Shown: one piece after another, positions 43,950-55,327 of the stretch
How positions within the stretch are numbered: the stretch's first letter is position 1
Layout: every line of letters begins with the position of its first letter
NCBI GenBank assembly: GCA_030949825.1
Contig: JAUZSC010000031.1
Location: forward strand, 76,541 to 140,540
From: Sulfurimonas sp.
GTDB taxonomy: Bacteria > Campylobacterota > Campylobacteria > Campylobacterales > Sulfurimonadaceae
DNA: 64,000 bases
Reading direction: 5' to 3'
Position numbers and translations under genes: made by a program
The notes under the pieces: model-generated
The model's input: only the letters and a program-made list of their open reading frames with translations
Databases searched by the model: none
Told to the model about the DNA's origin: nothing

Positions 43950-46279
43950 TAGTTACAAAATCTTGGTTAAATGAATGGATTGATTTAAAAGGTATTAGCA
44001 CAGATGACTTATGTAAAACTTTTAACGGAATTGGTTTAGAAGTTGATAGTTTAAAAACATATAAAGTACCTAAAAAGATAGTATTTGGTAAAGTTTTAGA
44101 ATGTGAAAAACACCCAGATGCAGATAAACTCAATGTTTGTCAGGTAGATATTGGTTCAAGTACGCGCCAAATTGTTTGTGGGGCTTCGAATGTAAGAGTT
44201 GGGCTTGATGTTGCTGTAGCTACTATTGGTGCCATTATGCCAAATGATATGAAAATCAAACCAGTAAAACTTCGTGGTGTTGATTCCGAGGGAATGATTT
44301 GTTCTGCTTCAGAACTTGGCTTAGATGAAGTAAATGATGGAATTTTAGAGATAGATTCGAGTATTGGAAATTATAAAATCGGTGATGAAGTTTCTTCTCA
44401 TCCAGTTTTTAATGACGATATTATTGAGATTGAACTGACTGCCAACAGAGGTGATTGTCTTAGTATTCGTGGCGTTGCCCGCGACTTATCTGCCGCATAT
44501 GACAGACCTCTAAAAAATCAAAAATCAAATGATAGTGGAAATAAAAAAGGCATAGGAAGATTACTTAGTTTAAGCCATGATAAAGAAGTTGACATTAATC
44601 TAAACTATAAAGTTTTAGAGTTGAAAAACTTATCACTTCCCATGCTTGTTAAACTTCGATTGTCACAAATAAATGAACTAAGAGATACTGATATTGAAGC
44701 CTTAATCCTTTATTCAGTACATTGTAGTGGTGTAATCTTGCGAGTCTACAACTATGGTTTTTTCTGTGATGAGAATGATATTATGGCTAAGGTTGAGCTG
44801 TGTGAAGATGAGCAAGGTTTTACTTCAATCGCTTCTAAAGAGATTGCATCTACGGTTGGTGTTATCCAGAGCGAAGCTTCTAAAGTTACATACAATGAAG
44901 GGACAGTCCTTTTAGAGGCGAGTTACATAGCACCTGATATTATTTCTAAAAAAATGTCAGATTCTAAAGTTGAGTCATGCCCTTTCTTTTACAGAACATC
45001 AAGGGGAAGCGAACCTGATTTATGTTCTGGTATTGCTTCTTTTTTAAATGTTTTAGAAACTAACTCAGATTCATCTTCTTTTAGTGGAAGTATTACATAC
45101 GGTAAGTCATATACAAACAAAATTATAGATTTTACAAAAAAAGAAATTGATGATATTATTGGTGCAGATATTAATAAAGTAACAATTAGTAAGATACTTC
45201 AAAACTTAGGTTTTGGTTTATCTAAATCGTCTGCTGATAATTTTGTGATAGAAGTTCCTCAGTACCGTCATGATATCGTTAATAAACAAGATATTATCGA
45301 AGAAATTGTAAGAATGGTTGGAATAGACAATATTCCTTCTAAAGCATTTGTCTTTACGGAAGAGAATAAACTTGAAGATGATTATTTTGAGTATAAAAAA
45401 AGAAGTATTTTTAGACACCGTGGGGCAAATAGTGGCTTTTTTGAATCAGTTCATTTTGTATTTGATGAGAAAAAAGTTTTAGAGTCTTATGGATTTCCTG
45501 TAACTGAGGAAAGATTAGAATTATTAAATCCTATTGTTAATACACTTGACACTTTACGAAGTACTTTGATGACAGGTTTACTAAAAGCTGCTTCAAACAA
45601 TGTAAAATCAGGCTACTCACAAGTAAAACTTTTTGAAATTGGCTCAGTTTTTAGTGCAAGTCGTGAAGAAACTTTGAAAATGTCACTGCTTTTTAGTGGA
45701 GACAAAGAAAAAGAATCATTACTTAATGCTGGTAAACCGAGTAAAATCGATTTTGGAATGTTTACGCAAAAGGTATCTGATATTATTGGTGCCTTTGATT
45801 TAGTTCAACATTCTACTTCGCATACACTTTCTCATACTTATCAATCGGCAAGTATTCTTGTAGATGGGCAAAGTATTGGTGAGTTATTTCGTGTGCATCC
45901 AGATGTTGAAAAAGCTTATGATTTAGAAGCTACATATCTTTGTGAAATAGATTTTGATAAAATCCCTTATAAGCTTAAGACGGCAAAGAAAACTTCTAAG
46001 TATCAAGCATCAGAGAGAGATTTAAGTATTATAATGCCTAAAAAAATGAACTTTTCGAAGTTAAAATCACTTGTAGAATCTTTAAAAATTGATGAATTAA
46101 TTAACTTTTATCCTGTAGATACATATTCTGATGAGAGTTTAGGTGATGATATGAGCTTATCTATTCGTTTTATACTTCAATCACAAGAAAAAACACTTGA
46201 AGAAGAAGATATTACATCTGCTATGGACTCTATACTTAAAGCATTCAAAAATGACTTAGGAATTGGACTCCGTGAGTAG
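43946..46279 (+). CDS. pheT: Phenylalanyl-tRNA synthetase beta subunit
   Basis: [31 protein letters not shown] and RDLS motifs. Confidence 0.96.
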   Translation: MIVTKSWLNEWIDLKGISTDDLCKTFNGIGLEVDSLKTYKVPKKIVFGKVLECEKHPDADKLNVCQVDIGSSTRQIVCGASNVRVGLDVAVATIGAIMPNDMKIKPVKLRGVDSEGMICSASELGLDEVNDGILEIDSSIGNYKIGDEVSSHPVFNDDIIEIELTANRGDCLSIRGVARDLSAAYDRPLKNQKSNDSGNKKGIGRLLSLSHDKEVDINLNYKVLELKNLSLPMLVKLRLSQINELRDTDIEALILYSVHCSGVILRVYNYGFFCDENDIMAKVELCEDEQGFTSIASKEIASTVGVIQSEASKVTYNEGTVLLEASYIAPDIISKKMSDSKVESCPFFYRTSRGSEPDLCSGIASFLNVLETNSDSSSFSGSITYGKSYTNKIIDFTKKEIDDIIGADINKVTISKILQNLGFGLSKSSADNFVIEVPQYRHDIVNKQDIIEEIVRMVGIDNIPSKAFVFTEENKLEDDYFEYKKRSIFRHRGANSGFFESVHFVFDEKKVLESYGFPVTEERLELLNPIVNTLDTLRSTLMTGLLKAASNNVKSGYSQVKLFEIGSVFSASREETLKMSLLFSGDKEKESLLNAGKPSKIDFGMFTQKVSDIIGAFDLVQHSTSHTLSHTYQSASILVDGQSIGELFRVHPDVEKAYDLEATYLCEIDFDKIPYKLKTAKKTSKYQASERDLSIIMPKKMNFSKLKSLVESLKIDELINFYPVDTYSDESLGDDMSLSIRFILQSQEKTLEEEDITSAMDSILKAFKNDLGIGLRE

Positions 46280-47555
46280 TGTTAAAGTACAAAAATGTGA
46301 GAGTTTTTGCTTAAGTATTTCAGATATAGCTCCCGATAAATCAATCTCTCATCGCTCTGTTATGTTCTCAATGTTAGCAGAAGGCGAGAGTGAAATACGA
46401 AATTTTTTACGAGCTGAGGATACTTTAAACTCTTTAGAAATTGTAAAAAACTTAGGTGCAAAAGTTACTGATGATGGTGAAGTGATTAGAATTTCATCCC
46501 AAGGTATCCAAGAGCCATTTGAGATTTTAGATTGTGGAAACTCAGGAACTGGAATGCGACTTTTTTGTGGACTTTTAAGTTCTGCAAAAGGTCATTTTAT
46601 TCTAACTGGAGACAAATACCTTCGTTCTCGACCAATGAAAAGAGTTACGCAGCCTCTTCGTGATATTGGTGCAATCTTTGATGGAAGAGAAGACTCTAAT
46701 CTTGCTCCGCTTAGTATTCGAGGAAGTTCGCTTGAAGCTTTTTCTTATGATTCTCAAATTGCATCTGCTCAAGTAAAATCATGTATGATTTTAGCAGCGC
46801 TTCGTGCTGATGGAGAATGTACATACACTGAACCAGATTTATCTCGTGACCATACAGAAAGAATGTTAAAAGGTATGGGTGCAGGTATAGAAGTTGATGG
46901 TTTAAAAACAACAATTACTCCGATGAAGAAACTACTTTCTCCTTTAAATATTCGTGTACCAGCTGATCCATCATCTGCATTTTTCTTTGCAGTCGCTGCA
47001 GCTATCACGCCAGATGCCAGTATAGTTTTAGAAGGAATTACACTTAATGAAACACGCATCGAAGCTTTTAAAGCCTTAGAACGAATGGGTGCAAATATTT
47101 CTTATGAGATGACAGATGATAAATATGAACCCATTGGCAACATTAGGGTTAAATATGCTCCACTTCAAGCAATTACAATAGATTCTAATATAGCATGGCT
47201 AATTGACGAATTGCCAGCACTTTCTATAGCTTTTGCCTGCGCGCAAGGAACGAGCCTTGTTAAAAATGCAGAAGAGTTAAGAGTAAAAGAGTCCGATAGA
47301 ATCTCAACTGTTGTAGATGGGCTGCATGCTTGCGGGATTAAAACTACTGAGTATAAAGATGGTTATACAGTTACTGGTGGAGTGCTGAGAAGTGCTACAA
47401 TAGATAGTGATGGTGACCATAGAATTGCGATGAGTTTTATTATAGCAGGTCTTAGATGCGGGATGGAAGTTACTGACTTAGACTGTATAAATACTTCTTT
47501 CCCAAACTTTTTTGAACTTTTAGAGAAAATTACAAAAGTGGAAATAAAAAAATGA
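46272..47555 (+). CDS. aroA: EPSP synthase
   Basis: DKSISHR, GNSGT, SAQVKS, RDHTE, KESDR and DHRIAM motifs; probable GTG start. Confidence 0.96.
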   Translation: MSSVKVQKCESFCLSISDIAPDKSISHRSVMFSMLAEGESEIRNFLRAEDTLNSLEIVKNLGAKVTDDGEVIRISSQGIQEPFEILDCGNSGTGMRLFCGLLSSAKGHFILTGDKYLRSRPMKRVTQPLRDIGAIFDGREDSNLAPLSIRGSSLEAFSYDSQIASAQVKSCMILAALRADGECTYTEPDLSRDHTERMLKGMGAGIEVDGLKTTITPMKKLLSPLNIRVPADPSSAFFFAVAAAITPDASIVLEGITLNETRIEAFKALERMGANISYEMTDDKYEPIGNIRVKYAPLQAITIDSNIAWLIDELPALSIAFACAQGTSLVKNAEELRVKESDRISTVVDGLHACGIKTTEYKDGYTVTGGVLRSATIDSDGDHRIAMSFIIAGLRCGMEVTDLDCINTSFPNFFELLEKITKVEIKK

Positions 47556-48397
47556 TGAAAATACAACTAGCAGAAAATTATGGATTTTGTTTTGGTGTGA
47601 AGCGTGCTATAAAAATAGCTGAAGAAAACAAAGATGCTTCAACCTACGGTCCTTTAATTCATAACTCAAAAGAGATTAATAGACTTTCAGTAGACTTTGG
47701 TGTAGGTCTGAGTGAAGATATACATACTTTTACTACAGGTGACACAGCAATTGTAAGAACACATGGCATAGAAAAAGATGAACTTAAAGCCTTGCATGAA
47801 ACAGGTGTTAAAGTTATAGATGCAACATGTCCTTATGTAACAAAACCGCAAGAAATTTGTCAAGAAATGAGTGAAGCTGGGTACGATGTACTTATATTTG
47901 GTGATGAAACACATCCTGAGATAAAAGGTGTAAAATCTTATGCAACGCATGGTGCTCGTGTAGTTACCTCAGTAGAAGAGCTTATAGGGATGAAGTTTAA
48001 AGAACAAATTGCTTTAGTCGCGCAAACGACAAGAAAAGTTGAAGACTATATGGAAGTTGTGAATTATCTTATGCCTCGCTATAAAGAGCTAAGAGTTTTC
48101 AATACTATATGTAATGCAACCTTTGAAAATCAGGATGCAGTTCGAAAAATTGCAGTAAAAGCTGATGTGATGTTAATTATAGGTGGAAAGAATTCTTCTA
48201 ACACAAAACAACTTTTTAGTATTTCACATGATGAGTGTAATGATTCTTATCATATAGAAGATGAAAATGACATAGATTTTTCATGGTTTAATGATAAAGA
48301 ATTTTGTGGAATTAGCGCTGGAGCATCTACACCAGACTGGATTATACAAAATGTTGTTAATTCAATTCAAGAAAATGTAAGTTCTTCTTCTATTTAA
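47552..48397 (+). CDS. ispH: 4-hydroxy-3-methylbut-2-enyl diphosphate reductase
   Basis: GFCFGV, DATCP, TICNAT, SSNT and GASTP motifs. Confidence 0.96.
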   Translation: MMKIQLAENYGFCFGVKRAIKIAEENKDASTYGPLIHNSKEINRLSVDFGVGLSEDIHTFTTGDTAIVRTHGIEKDELKALHETGVKVIDATCPYVTKPQEICQEMSEAGYDVLIFGDETHPEIKGVKSYATHGARVVTSVEELIGMKFKEQIALVAQTTRKVEDYMEVVNYLMPRYKELRVFNTICNATFENQDAVRKIAVKADVMLIIGGKNSSNTKQLFSISHDECNDSYHIEDENDIDFSWFNDKEFCGISAGASTPDWIIQNVVNSIQENVSSSSI

Positions 48398-48457
48398 TAT
48401 AAATATAATCTATACTTAGGTATAATCACGAAATTTTTATGTAACAAGGGATAGGTA

Positions 48458-50113
48458 ATGGCGTTCGATAACGAATCATTTGAAGAAGAAGAAAATTTTG
48501 CAGAGATGTTTGCAGCAAGCGAAAAGAAACAAGAAACAAGCCGTATAGTAGAAGGTGAGATTGTTGAAATTCAAGCGGATGAAGACAGAGCATTAGTTGG
48601 TGTTGGCGATAAGCTTGAAGGTATTATTAGTTTAGATGAAATCACTGTAGATGGTGAATTGGTATTTAAAGTTGGTGATAAAATTAATGTAATGGTTATG
48701 GGATACTACAATGAGCGTCCTAAAATATCTTACAGAAAAGTTTTAGAACAGCAAAAGACTATTGACTTTATTAATGCAAATAAAGACGACTTCGAAGAGT
48801 TAGTTATTGAAGGTATTATTACTAAGAAGAACCGTGGTGGTTATGTAGTTGAAGCTGATACAGTTTCTTTCTTTATGCCTCGTTCATTAGCAGCGTTTAA
48901 AGACACTGATGATGTTGTAGGTCGTAAGATAAAAGCACAAGTTGTTAAAATAGATGAGGCTGAAAACTCTATCATTGTTTCTCGAAGAAAACTTTTTAAT
49001 GAAGAGCGTAAAAAGAAAAAAGAGATTATTGACCAACTTATGGCAGATGATGTTATTGTTGCTGGTATTATCAAAAAAATCACTTCATACGGAATGTTCG
49101 TAGATGTTGGTGGTGTTGATGGTCTCGTTCACTACAATGAAATCTCTTACAAAGGTCCAGTTAATCCATCAAAACTTTACAAAGAAGGTGACGAGGTAAC
49201 TGTTAAAGCTATCTCTTACGATAAAGACAAGCGTCACTTATCTCTTTCTATAAAAGCTGTTCAAGAAGATCCATGGGCTGAAGTAGAAACAGAGTTAGAC
49301 GAAGGTGACACTATCACAGTAACTGTTTCAAATATTGAAGCATACGGTGTATTTGTTGATCTTGGTAATGATATAGAAGGTTTCTTACATATTTCTGAGA
49401 TTTCTTGGAACAAAAATGTTAAAAATCCTAATGATTATTTAACTGTTGGTGAAGAAATTGATGTTGAAGTTATTGAAATCAACTCTACGACTCATAAACT
49501 AAGAGTTTCATTAAAAAGATTACTTCCAAAACCATTTGATGAGTTTTTGAAGAACTATAATGAAGGTGATATTGTTACAGGTACAATTACATCACTTACT
49601 GACTTTGGTGCATTTGTTAGAATTTCTGGTGTTGAAGGTCTTTTACATAACCAAGACATATCTTGGGATAAAAACACAAAATGTAAAGATGTTCTAAAAT
49701 CAGGCGAAGAGATTGAAGTTAAGATTGCTAAAATCAATTCTCAAGATCAAAAAATATCTTTAAATAGAAAAACTCTTTTAGAGTCTCCTATTGATAAATT
49801 TGCAACTACACACAATACAAACTCAGTTGTTAATGGTACTATCCGTGACATTAAAGACTTCGGTGTATTTGTTTCTTTAGAAGATGGTGTTGATGCACTT
49901 ATTCGTGATGAAGATTTAACTCCACTTGTAAAAGAAGAGTTAGAAATTGGTCAAGAAATTGAAGCGGCTATTGCTGTTATCGATACAAAAAGGGATCGTA
50001 TTCGTTTATCTGTTAAAAAATTAGACTATATCAAAAATCAAGCACTTTTAGATGAAATCAATGATGATTCTGCACATTCATTAGGTGATTTAATTAAAGA
50101 CCAAATGAACTAA
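48458..50113 (+). CDS. rpsA: 30S ribosomal protein S1
   Basis: Multiple S1 repeats (YGMFVD..GLVH; YGVFVD..GFLHISE; FGAFV). Confidence 0.96.
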   Translation: MAFDNESFEEEENFAEMFAASEKKQETSRIVEGEIVEIQADEDRALVGVGDKLEGIISLDEITVDGELVFKVGDKINVMVMGYYNERPKISYRKVLEQQKTIDFINANKDDFEELVIEGIITKKNRGGYVVEADTVSFFMPRSLAAFKDTDDVVGRKIKAQVVKIDEAENSIIVSRRKLFNEERKKKKEIIDQLMADDVIVAGIIKKITSYGMFVDVGGVDGLVHYNEISYKGPVNPSKLYKEGDEVTVKAISYDKDKRHLSLSIKAVQEDPWAEVETELDEGDTITVTVSNIEAYGVFVDLGNDIEGFLHISEISWNKNVKNPNDYLTVGEEIDVEVIEINSTTHKLRVSLKRLLPKPFDEFLKNYNEGDIVTGTITSLTDFGAFVRISGVEGLLHNQDISWDKNTKCKDVLKSGEEIEVKIAKINSQDQKISLNRKTLLESPIDKFATTHNTNSVVNGTIRDIKDFGVFVSLEDGVDALIRDEDLTPLVKEELEIGQEIEAAIAVIDTKRDRIRLSVKKLDYIKNQALLDEINDDSAHSLGDLIKDQMN

Positions 50114-50117
50114 AAAA

Positions 50118-50602
50118 ATGCTTCAAAAGGTACTGAAATGGCTTACCCCTGCTATAGGCTTGGGTGTAGCTGTTTTTATTATCTTTTTTTTTGATTTCTA
50201 TAAACTCTACAAATGAATTTATAGACTCTGAACCACTTAATCTTAAAGAAAAAGTTGTTCAAAATAAGCCAAAAAAAGTTTGGTTAGATCATTTTTCACA
50301 AACACAAAGACTAGGATATTTTTATCCTGTAAATGAAGTGTATGTTAAAGTTGATTTAAATGAAAAAATAACTAAAACTATTACCTATAAGTTATCTGCT
50401 CCTCTTTTAGATCCATATCAATTATTTTGCCTAAAAGAAGAATTAAAACAGCATAAATTAAAATATTTTCTTGAAAAAGACAGTATGGGTGTAGAGTTAC
50501 TTATTTTTTTCTAAAAATATAAAGAAATTAAATTCTTTAGTAAAAGTACTTAAAAATTATAAAATATTAGCGACAGTGAAGTCGTTTAAAGAGGAATATT
50601 AA
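50118..50602 (+). CDS. Hypothetical membrane-anchored protein (two T-run frameshifts)
   Basis: ATG50118 with a TM segment joins ORF 50191..50514 and a tail ending at 50602; LDPYQLFCL motif. Confidence 0.65.
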
Positions 50603-52201
50603 ATGCCAGGTAGTAAAAAATATACAGTTGTAGTCTGTGATCATATCCATGAAGCTGGATTGAAAATGCTTGAAGATGATGAAAATATAAACTTTATCAT
50701 GGCAGCAGACGAGCCTAAAGATAAGCTTGTAAGTGAAATTATCCCAAAAGCTGATGTAGCGATTACGAGAAGTTCAACAGATGTAGATGCTTCGTTTATT
50801 AAGCACGCTACAAATATGAAAGCTATTGTTCGTGCTGGTGTTGGTGTTGATAATGTAGATATTCCAGGATGTTCAAAAGAGGGTATCATCGTTATGAATG
50901 TACCAACTGCAAACACTATAGCCGCAGTTGAACTTACAATGGCGCATATGCTTTCTTGTATGAGAATGTTTCCATATTCGCATGACCATTTGAAAAATCA
51001 AAGAATTTGGAAGCGTGAAAAATGGTATGGTTACGAAATGAAAGGAAAAAAACTTGGTGTTATAGGTTTTGGTAACATTGGTTCTCGTGTTGCTAAGCGT
51101 GCGCAAGCTTTTGAAATGGACATAGTTGCATATGACCCGTACATACATCCAACTAAGGTTACTGATTTAGATATGACATATACAAAAGATTTTACAGATA
51201 TTTTAAGCTGTGATATTATTACAATTCATACGCCTAAAAATCAAGAAACTATTGGGATGATAGATGAGGCAGAGTTTGCACAAATGAAAGATGGTGTTGT
51301 AGTAATTAATTGTGCTCGTGGTGGACTGTATGATGAAGAAGCACTTTTTAATAATCTAAAATCTGGAAAAATTCGTTTTGCAGGTATAGATGTTTTTAAC
51401 AAAGAACCAGCGACTGATCATCCTTTACTTGATTTAGATAATATCGTAGTATCTCCTCATTTGGGTGCTAACACTTATGAGTCCCAGTATAACATTGGTA
51501 CACAAGCAGCAGCAAATGCTATTGAAGCTGCGAAAGGTATTGCATATTTACATGCGATGAATTTACCAATTGATGAGAGTAAAATACCTTCATTTGTAAA
51601 ACCATTTTTAGAAATGGGACAAAGAATAGGTTTCTTAGAATCTCAAATGAATAAGTCTCAAATTATCGCTATAAAAGTAAGTGGTCACGGTGAGATTGCA
51701 GAGTATGTTGATTCTCTTGCTACTTTTGTTGCAGTTGGAGCTATGAGTGAAAATTCAGGTGAAACGATTAATTATGTAAATGCAGACTTTGTAGCAAAAG
51801 AAAAAGGTATAAAAATAGAATCTGAAGCACTTGCTGATTCGAGTGTATTTAAAAACCTAATCAATATTAAGCTTACAACAGCAGAAGGCACTACAAGTAT
51901 TTCTGCAACTATTTTTGATGATGGCGTACAAAGACTTGTTGCGATTGATGGTTTTGACATAGAAGTAGCACTTAAGGGTGATATGATTTTATTTAAAAAT
52001 TCTGATGTACCTGGTGTTGTTGGAAGCATTGGTTCAATTTTAGCAAAAAATAGTGTAAACATTTCAGATTTTTCACTTTCAAGAAATACAAAATCACAAG
52101 CCTTAGCCGTTATTTTAGTAGATGGAACAGTAAGTGAAGCAGCATTAAGTGAATTGGCATCTGTTGAAGCTTGCCTGAGTGTTAATTACGCAAAAATCTA
52201 A
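50603..52201 (+). CDS. serA: D-3-phosphoglycerate dehydrogenase
   Basis: RAGVGVDN, GFGNIG, NCARGG and PHLGA motifs; C-terminal ACT domain. Confidence 0.96.
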   Translation: MPGSKKYTVVVCDHIHEAGLKMLEDDENINFIMAADEPKDKLVSEIIPKADVAITRSSTDVDASFIKHATNMKAIVRAGVGVDNVDIPGCSKEGIIVMNVPTANTIAAVELTMAHMLSCMRMFPYSHDHLKNQRIWKREKWYGYEMKGKKLGVIGFGNIGSRVAKRAQAFEMDIVAYDPYIHPTKVTDLDMTYTKDFTDILSCDIITIHTPKNQETIGMIDEAEFAQMKDGVVVINCARGGLYDEEALFNNLKSGKIRFAGIDVFNKEPATDHPLLDLDNIVVSPHLGANTYESQYNIGTQAAANAIEAAKGIAYLHAMNLPIDESKIPSFVKPFLEMGQRIGFLESQMNKSQIIAIKVSGHGEIAEYVDSLATFVAVGAMSENSGETINYVNADFVAKEKGIKIESEALADSSVFKNLINIKLTTAEGTTSISATIFDDGVQRLVAIDGFDIEVALKGDMILFKNSDVPGVVGSIGSILAKNSVNISDFSLSRNTKSQALAVILVDGTVSEAALSELASVEACLSVNYAKI

Positions 52202-52232
52202 TAAAAAGAACAAAGAAACCCTTCTTTTTATT
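52200..52232 (+). terminator. Stem-loop after serA
   Basis: AATAAAAAGAA-N11-TTCTTTTTATT, perfect 11-bp stem. Confidence 0.45.
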
Positions 52233-52275
52233 GAATTTGTATTATAATAGATTAGTTCTTAGATAGAGAGAGATA

Positions 52276-52881
52276 ATGTTAAAAAAAATTACTTTACTTT
52301 TACTTTTACAGTCTATATTATTTTCTAATGATTTTGAAGTAGACCTAGATGCAAAGTTCTATGAATTTCGTTTTCATGGGAATTTTTGTGGTGCTAATCT
52401 TCCTGCTATCAATACGAAAACTAAAGAAGAAGAAAAACAGTTACTTCAAAGAATCGTACCAATAGATCTTATTGATCAAGCATGTAAAGAACATGATATT
52501 TGTTACCTTCAAACAGGTACTAAACATTCTGTATGTGATCAAAGACTGGTTCTAAATTTAAAAAAAACACACAATAAACTTGAAGATAGATCATGCAGAC
52601 GCTTGAGTAAATCCATTAGCTATTTTTTTACAATTAAAACAGAAAATCCAATCACGGTCACACAGTCTGATGACGATATAGCTGATAAGTTTTTTACAAT
52701 GCCAGCGGTAGCATTTACAAATATGATGGATTCAGCATCTATGTCCTCTGTTGTGGCAATAAACTATGGATATAGAAAACCAGTTGGTTATCTTTTTGAT
52801 TCGGATAATAATAGTCAAAGGCGTAAAGAACTTCTTCAAATATTTCCCCCTCGTTTTAAGGTCTGTAAAGTAAAAGAATGA
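52276..52881 (+). CDS. Secreted phospholipase A2-like protein
   Basis: Signal peptide; HGNFCG loop, [16 protein letters not shown] catalytic helix, CDQRL. Confidence 0.75.
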   Translation: MLKKITLLLLLQSILFSNDFEVDLDAKFYEFRFHGNFCGANLPAINTKTKEEEKQLLQRIVPIDLIDQACKEHDICYLQTGTKHSVCDQRLVLNLKKTHNKLEDRSCRRLSKSISYFFTIKTENPITVTQSDDDIADKFFTMPAVAFTNMMDSASMSSVVAINYGYRKPVGYLFDSDNNSQRRKELLQIFPPRFKVCKVKE

Positions 52882-54854
52882 AAATACTTCTTTGCTTGTT
52901 TTTGTCTTTTAGCTTTGTTTTTGGGTTCGAGTATACAAATGAACTCTCTAGAGCCACTTCTCCTTATTTAAAACAACATCAACATAATCCTATAAATTGG
53001 TTAGCATGGAGTGAAAAGGCTTTTAACAAAGCCAAGAAAGAACACAAAGCTATTTTTATTTCTATCGGTTATTCTACATGTCATTGGTGCCATGTAATGG
53101 CAAAAGAGTCTTTTGAAAATGAAAAAATCGCAGCTATGTTTAATGAGTATTTTATTTGTATAAAAGTCGATAAAGAAGAGATGCCTCATTTAGATAAATA
53201 TTATCAAGAAATGTATAAAAATGTGAAGGGAAGAATAGGTGGTTGGCCTTTAAGTGTATTTCTAACAGAGGATAAAGAACCTTTTTATTTTGGAAGCTAT
53301 ATTCCACCTACAACGCGAAGTTATCACGAGGGAATAGATACGCTTCTTCCATCTCTTTATAATTTATATACACATAATAAAACAAAACTCAGCTCTAAAG
53401 TTAAAGAGATAGAAGCATTAACAAAGCAAAAAAAGATAAATCTTCAAAACAAAGATGCAAATATTTCTATAGATACATTGTCTGAGTCAATCTTAGAATC
53501 TTATGATGATATTTATTCTGGTTTTGGGAGAAGAAAAAAATTTCCAGAATCTTCTAAACTCTCATTGATGATGGATATTTCCATTTTGTCAAAGAATGAG
53601 TCAATTGGCGCAGCAAGTTTAGAGATGCTCGACACTATGGCTTTGCGTGGCTTATACGATCATATAGATGGTGGTTTCTTTCGTTACACAGTAGATGCTG
53701 CATGGGAGATACCTCATTTTGAGAAAATGCTTTACAATCAGGCTGAGTTAATTCCATTGTATGTACAAGCGTATCATAAGACAAAAAAAGAACTTTATAA
53801 AAATATTGTGATAGAAACTATTGCTATGCTAGACAAAAAGTTCATGATAAATGATTTATATTACAGTGCAAGTGATGCTGATGTGAACCATATTGAGGGT
53901 GATTATTTTATTTTTTCAAAGGATGAAATAAAACAAGCTCTCTTAAAAAACAGATACAAAAAAGAAATAGAAGAATCTTTAGATATTTCACTCAATGGAA
54001 ATTTTAGTCAAAAAATTCACTTAAACTTTTATGGGGAAAATCGTCCTTTAGGATTTAAGGCATTTAAAAAAGTACTAAGTAAAATAAGAGAGAAAAAAGA
54101 GTTTCCTTTTGTCGATAAAAAGATAAACACAGCATGGAATGCGCTTATGATAAAAGCACTTTATAGTGCATCTACACTTGATGAAAAATACAAGATAAAA
54201 GCCGATAAACACTTAGCATCTTTAAAAAAGTTTGCTTTTATAAATTCTGAGTTATACCATCAGTCACTAATCAAAGTTAAGCCCACACAATTAGCTTTAC
54301 TCGAAGATTATTCTTTTCTAATTTCCGCATTACTTGAAGGATATAATGTAGATTTAGATACAAATAAATTAGCTTTTATTGAATATTTACTAGCACAATC
54401 AAAAGAGAAATTTTATAAAAATAATAGATGGTATTTAAGTGATGATTCACTATATATTCAAGCAGGAATGAATGATAAGTATTATTCCTCTCCATTATCT
54501 ATCACGCTACAAAACCTTTTAAAATTTGCATCTATAAAATCATCGTATAAGTACTATAAATTAGCGCAAGACACCTTGGCATCTATGAATCATGAAGTCC
54601 AAATGAAACAGATAAATACACCAGCTTCTTCACAAGCTTTTTTAATGAATAAACTTGGAGTGGTGACACTAAAAAGTTCAAAACAAAATCTACTTAAATT
54701 TGCTACAGAGATTAAAAATATAAGTTATCCATATATCGTTTTAAAAGCGCAAGAAAGTGATGACTTTCTTGCCTGTACTATGAAAAACTGCTTTGCAATC
54801 GATAAAGATTTTTTTAAAGTCAAAAAAGTTATAGAATCAAAATTATGGAGGTAA
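52878..54854 (+). CDS. YyaL/SSP411-family thioredoxin-domain protein with signal peptide
   Basis: [32 protein letters not shown] and PHFEKMLY motifs. Confidence 0.92.
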   Translation: MKILLCLFLSFSFVFGFEYTNELSRATSPYLKQHQHNPINWLAWSEKAFNKAKKEHKAIFISIGYSTCHWCHVMAKESFENEKIAAMFNEYFICIKVDKEEMPHLDKYYQEMYKNVKGRIGGWPLSVFLTEDKEPFYFGSYIPPTTRSYHEGIDTLLPSLYNLYTHNKTKLSSKVKEIEALTKQKKINLQNKDANISIDTLSESILESYDDIYSGFGRRKKFPESSKLSLMMDISILSKNESIGAASLEMLDTMALRGLYDHIDGGFFRYTVDAAWEIPHFEKMLYNQAELIPLYVQAYHKTKKELYKNIVIETIAMLDKKFMINDLYYSASDADVNHIEGDYFIFSKDEIKQALLKNRYKKEIEESLDISLNGNFSQKIHLNFYGENRPLGFKAFKKVLSKIREKKEFPFVDKKINTAWNALMIKALYSASTLDEKYKIKADKHLASLKKFAFINSELYHQSLIKVKPTQLALLEDYSFLISALLEGYNVDLDTNKLAFIEYLLAQSKEKFYKNNRWYLSDDSLYIQAGMNDKYYSSPLSITLQNLLKFASIKSSYKYYKLAQDTLASMNHEVQMKQINTPASSQAFLMNKLGVVTLKSSKQNLLKFATEIKNISYPYIVLKAQESDDFLACTMKNCFAIDKDFFKVKKVIESKLWR

Positions 54855-55275
54855 AGAATTATGGCTAAAATTGTAATATTTAGTGGAGCAGGGCTTAGTG
54901 CTGAATCGGGTATAAGTACTTTTAGAGACTCTGGTGGACTTTGGGAAAATACGATGTAAGTGTTGTGTGTAATTATGACTCTTTAGAAAAAAATGAAGAC
55001 TTAACCTTAGCGTTTTATGATAAAAGAAGAGCAGAACTTGAATCTAAAGAGCCTAACTATGTTCATGAAGTTATAACTGCACTCAAAAAAGAATATGCAT
55101 CTGATATTACTGTAATTACGCAAAATGCGGACAACTTATTTGAAAAATCTGGGATGCCAAGTGAAGATATAATTCATCTTCATGGTTTTATGCCCGAAGT
55201 GAGACCACTGCACAGTAAAAAAACAAACTAAATCTCTTAAAACCCCTTATATTAAGTTATTTAAAGCCATTTATT

Positions 55276-55284
55276 TGCTATAAT
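55276..55284 (+). promoter_or_regulatory. Extended -10 promoter of the IS transposase
   Basis: TGCTATAAT inside the left end, upstream of the AAAGG RBS and TTG55328. Confidence 0.55.
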
Positions 55285-55327
55285 TACACCACGAATTTAA
55301 AGATATTTTAAGCTAAAAGGCAATAAT

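Noticed and set aside
54861-55200. Sirtuin as an anti-phage SIR2 effector (Thoeris/DSR type)
   Set aside because: Motifs (GAGLSAESGISTFR, TQNAD, HLHG) and small size match housekeeping CobB deacylases, and there are no defence partner genes.
54941-55231. Independent 96-aa ORF
   Set aside because: It is the frameshifted middle of the sirtuin, running into the IS left end.
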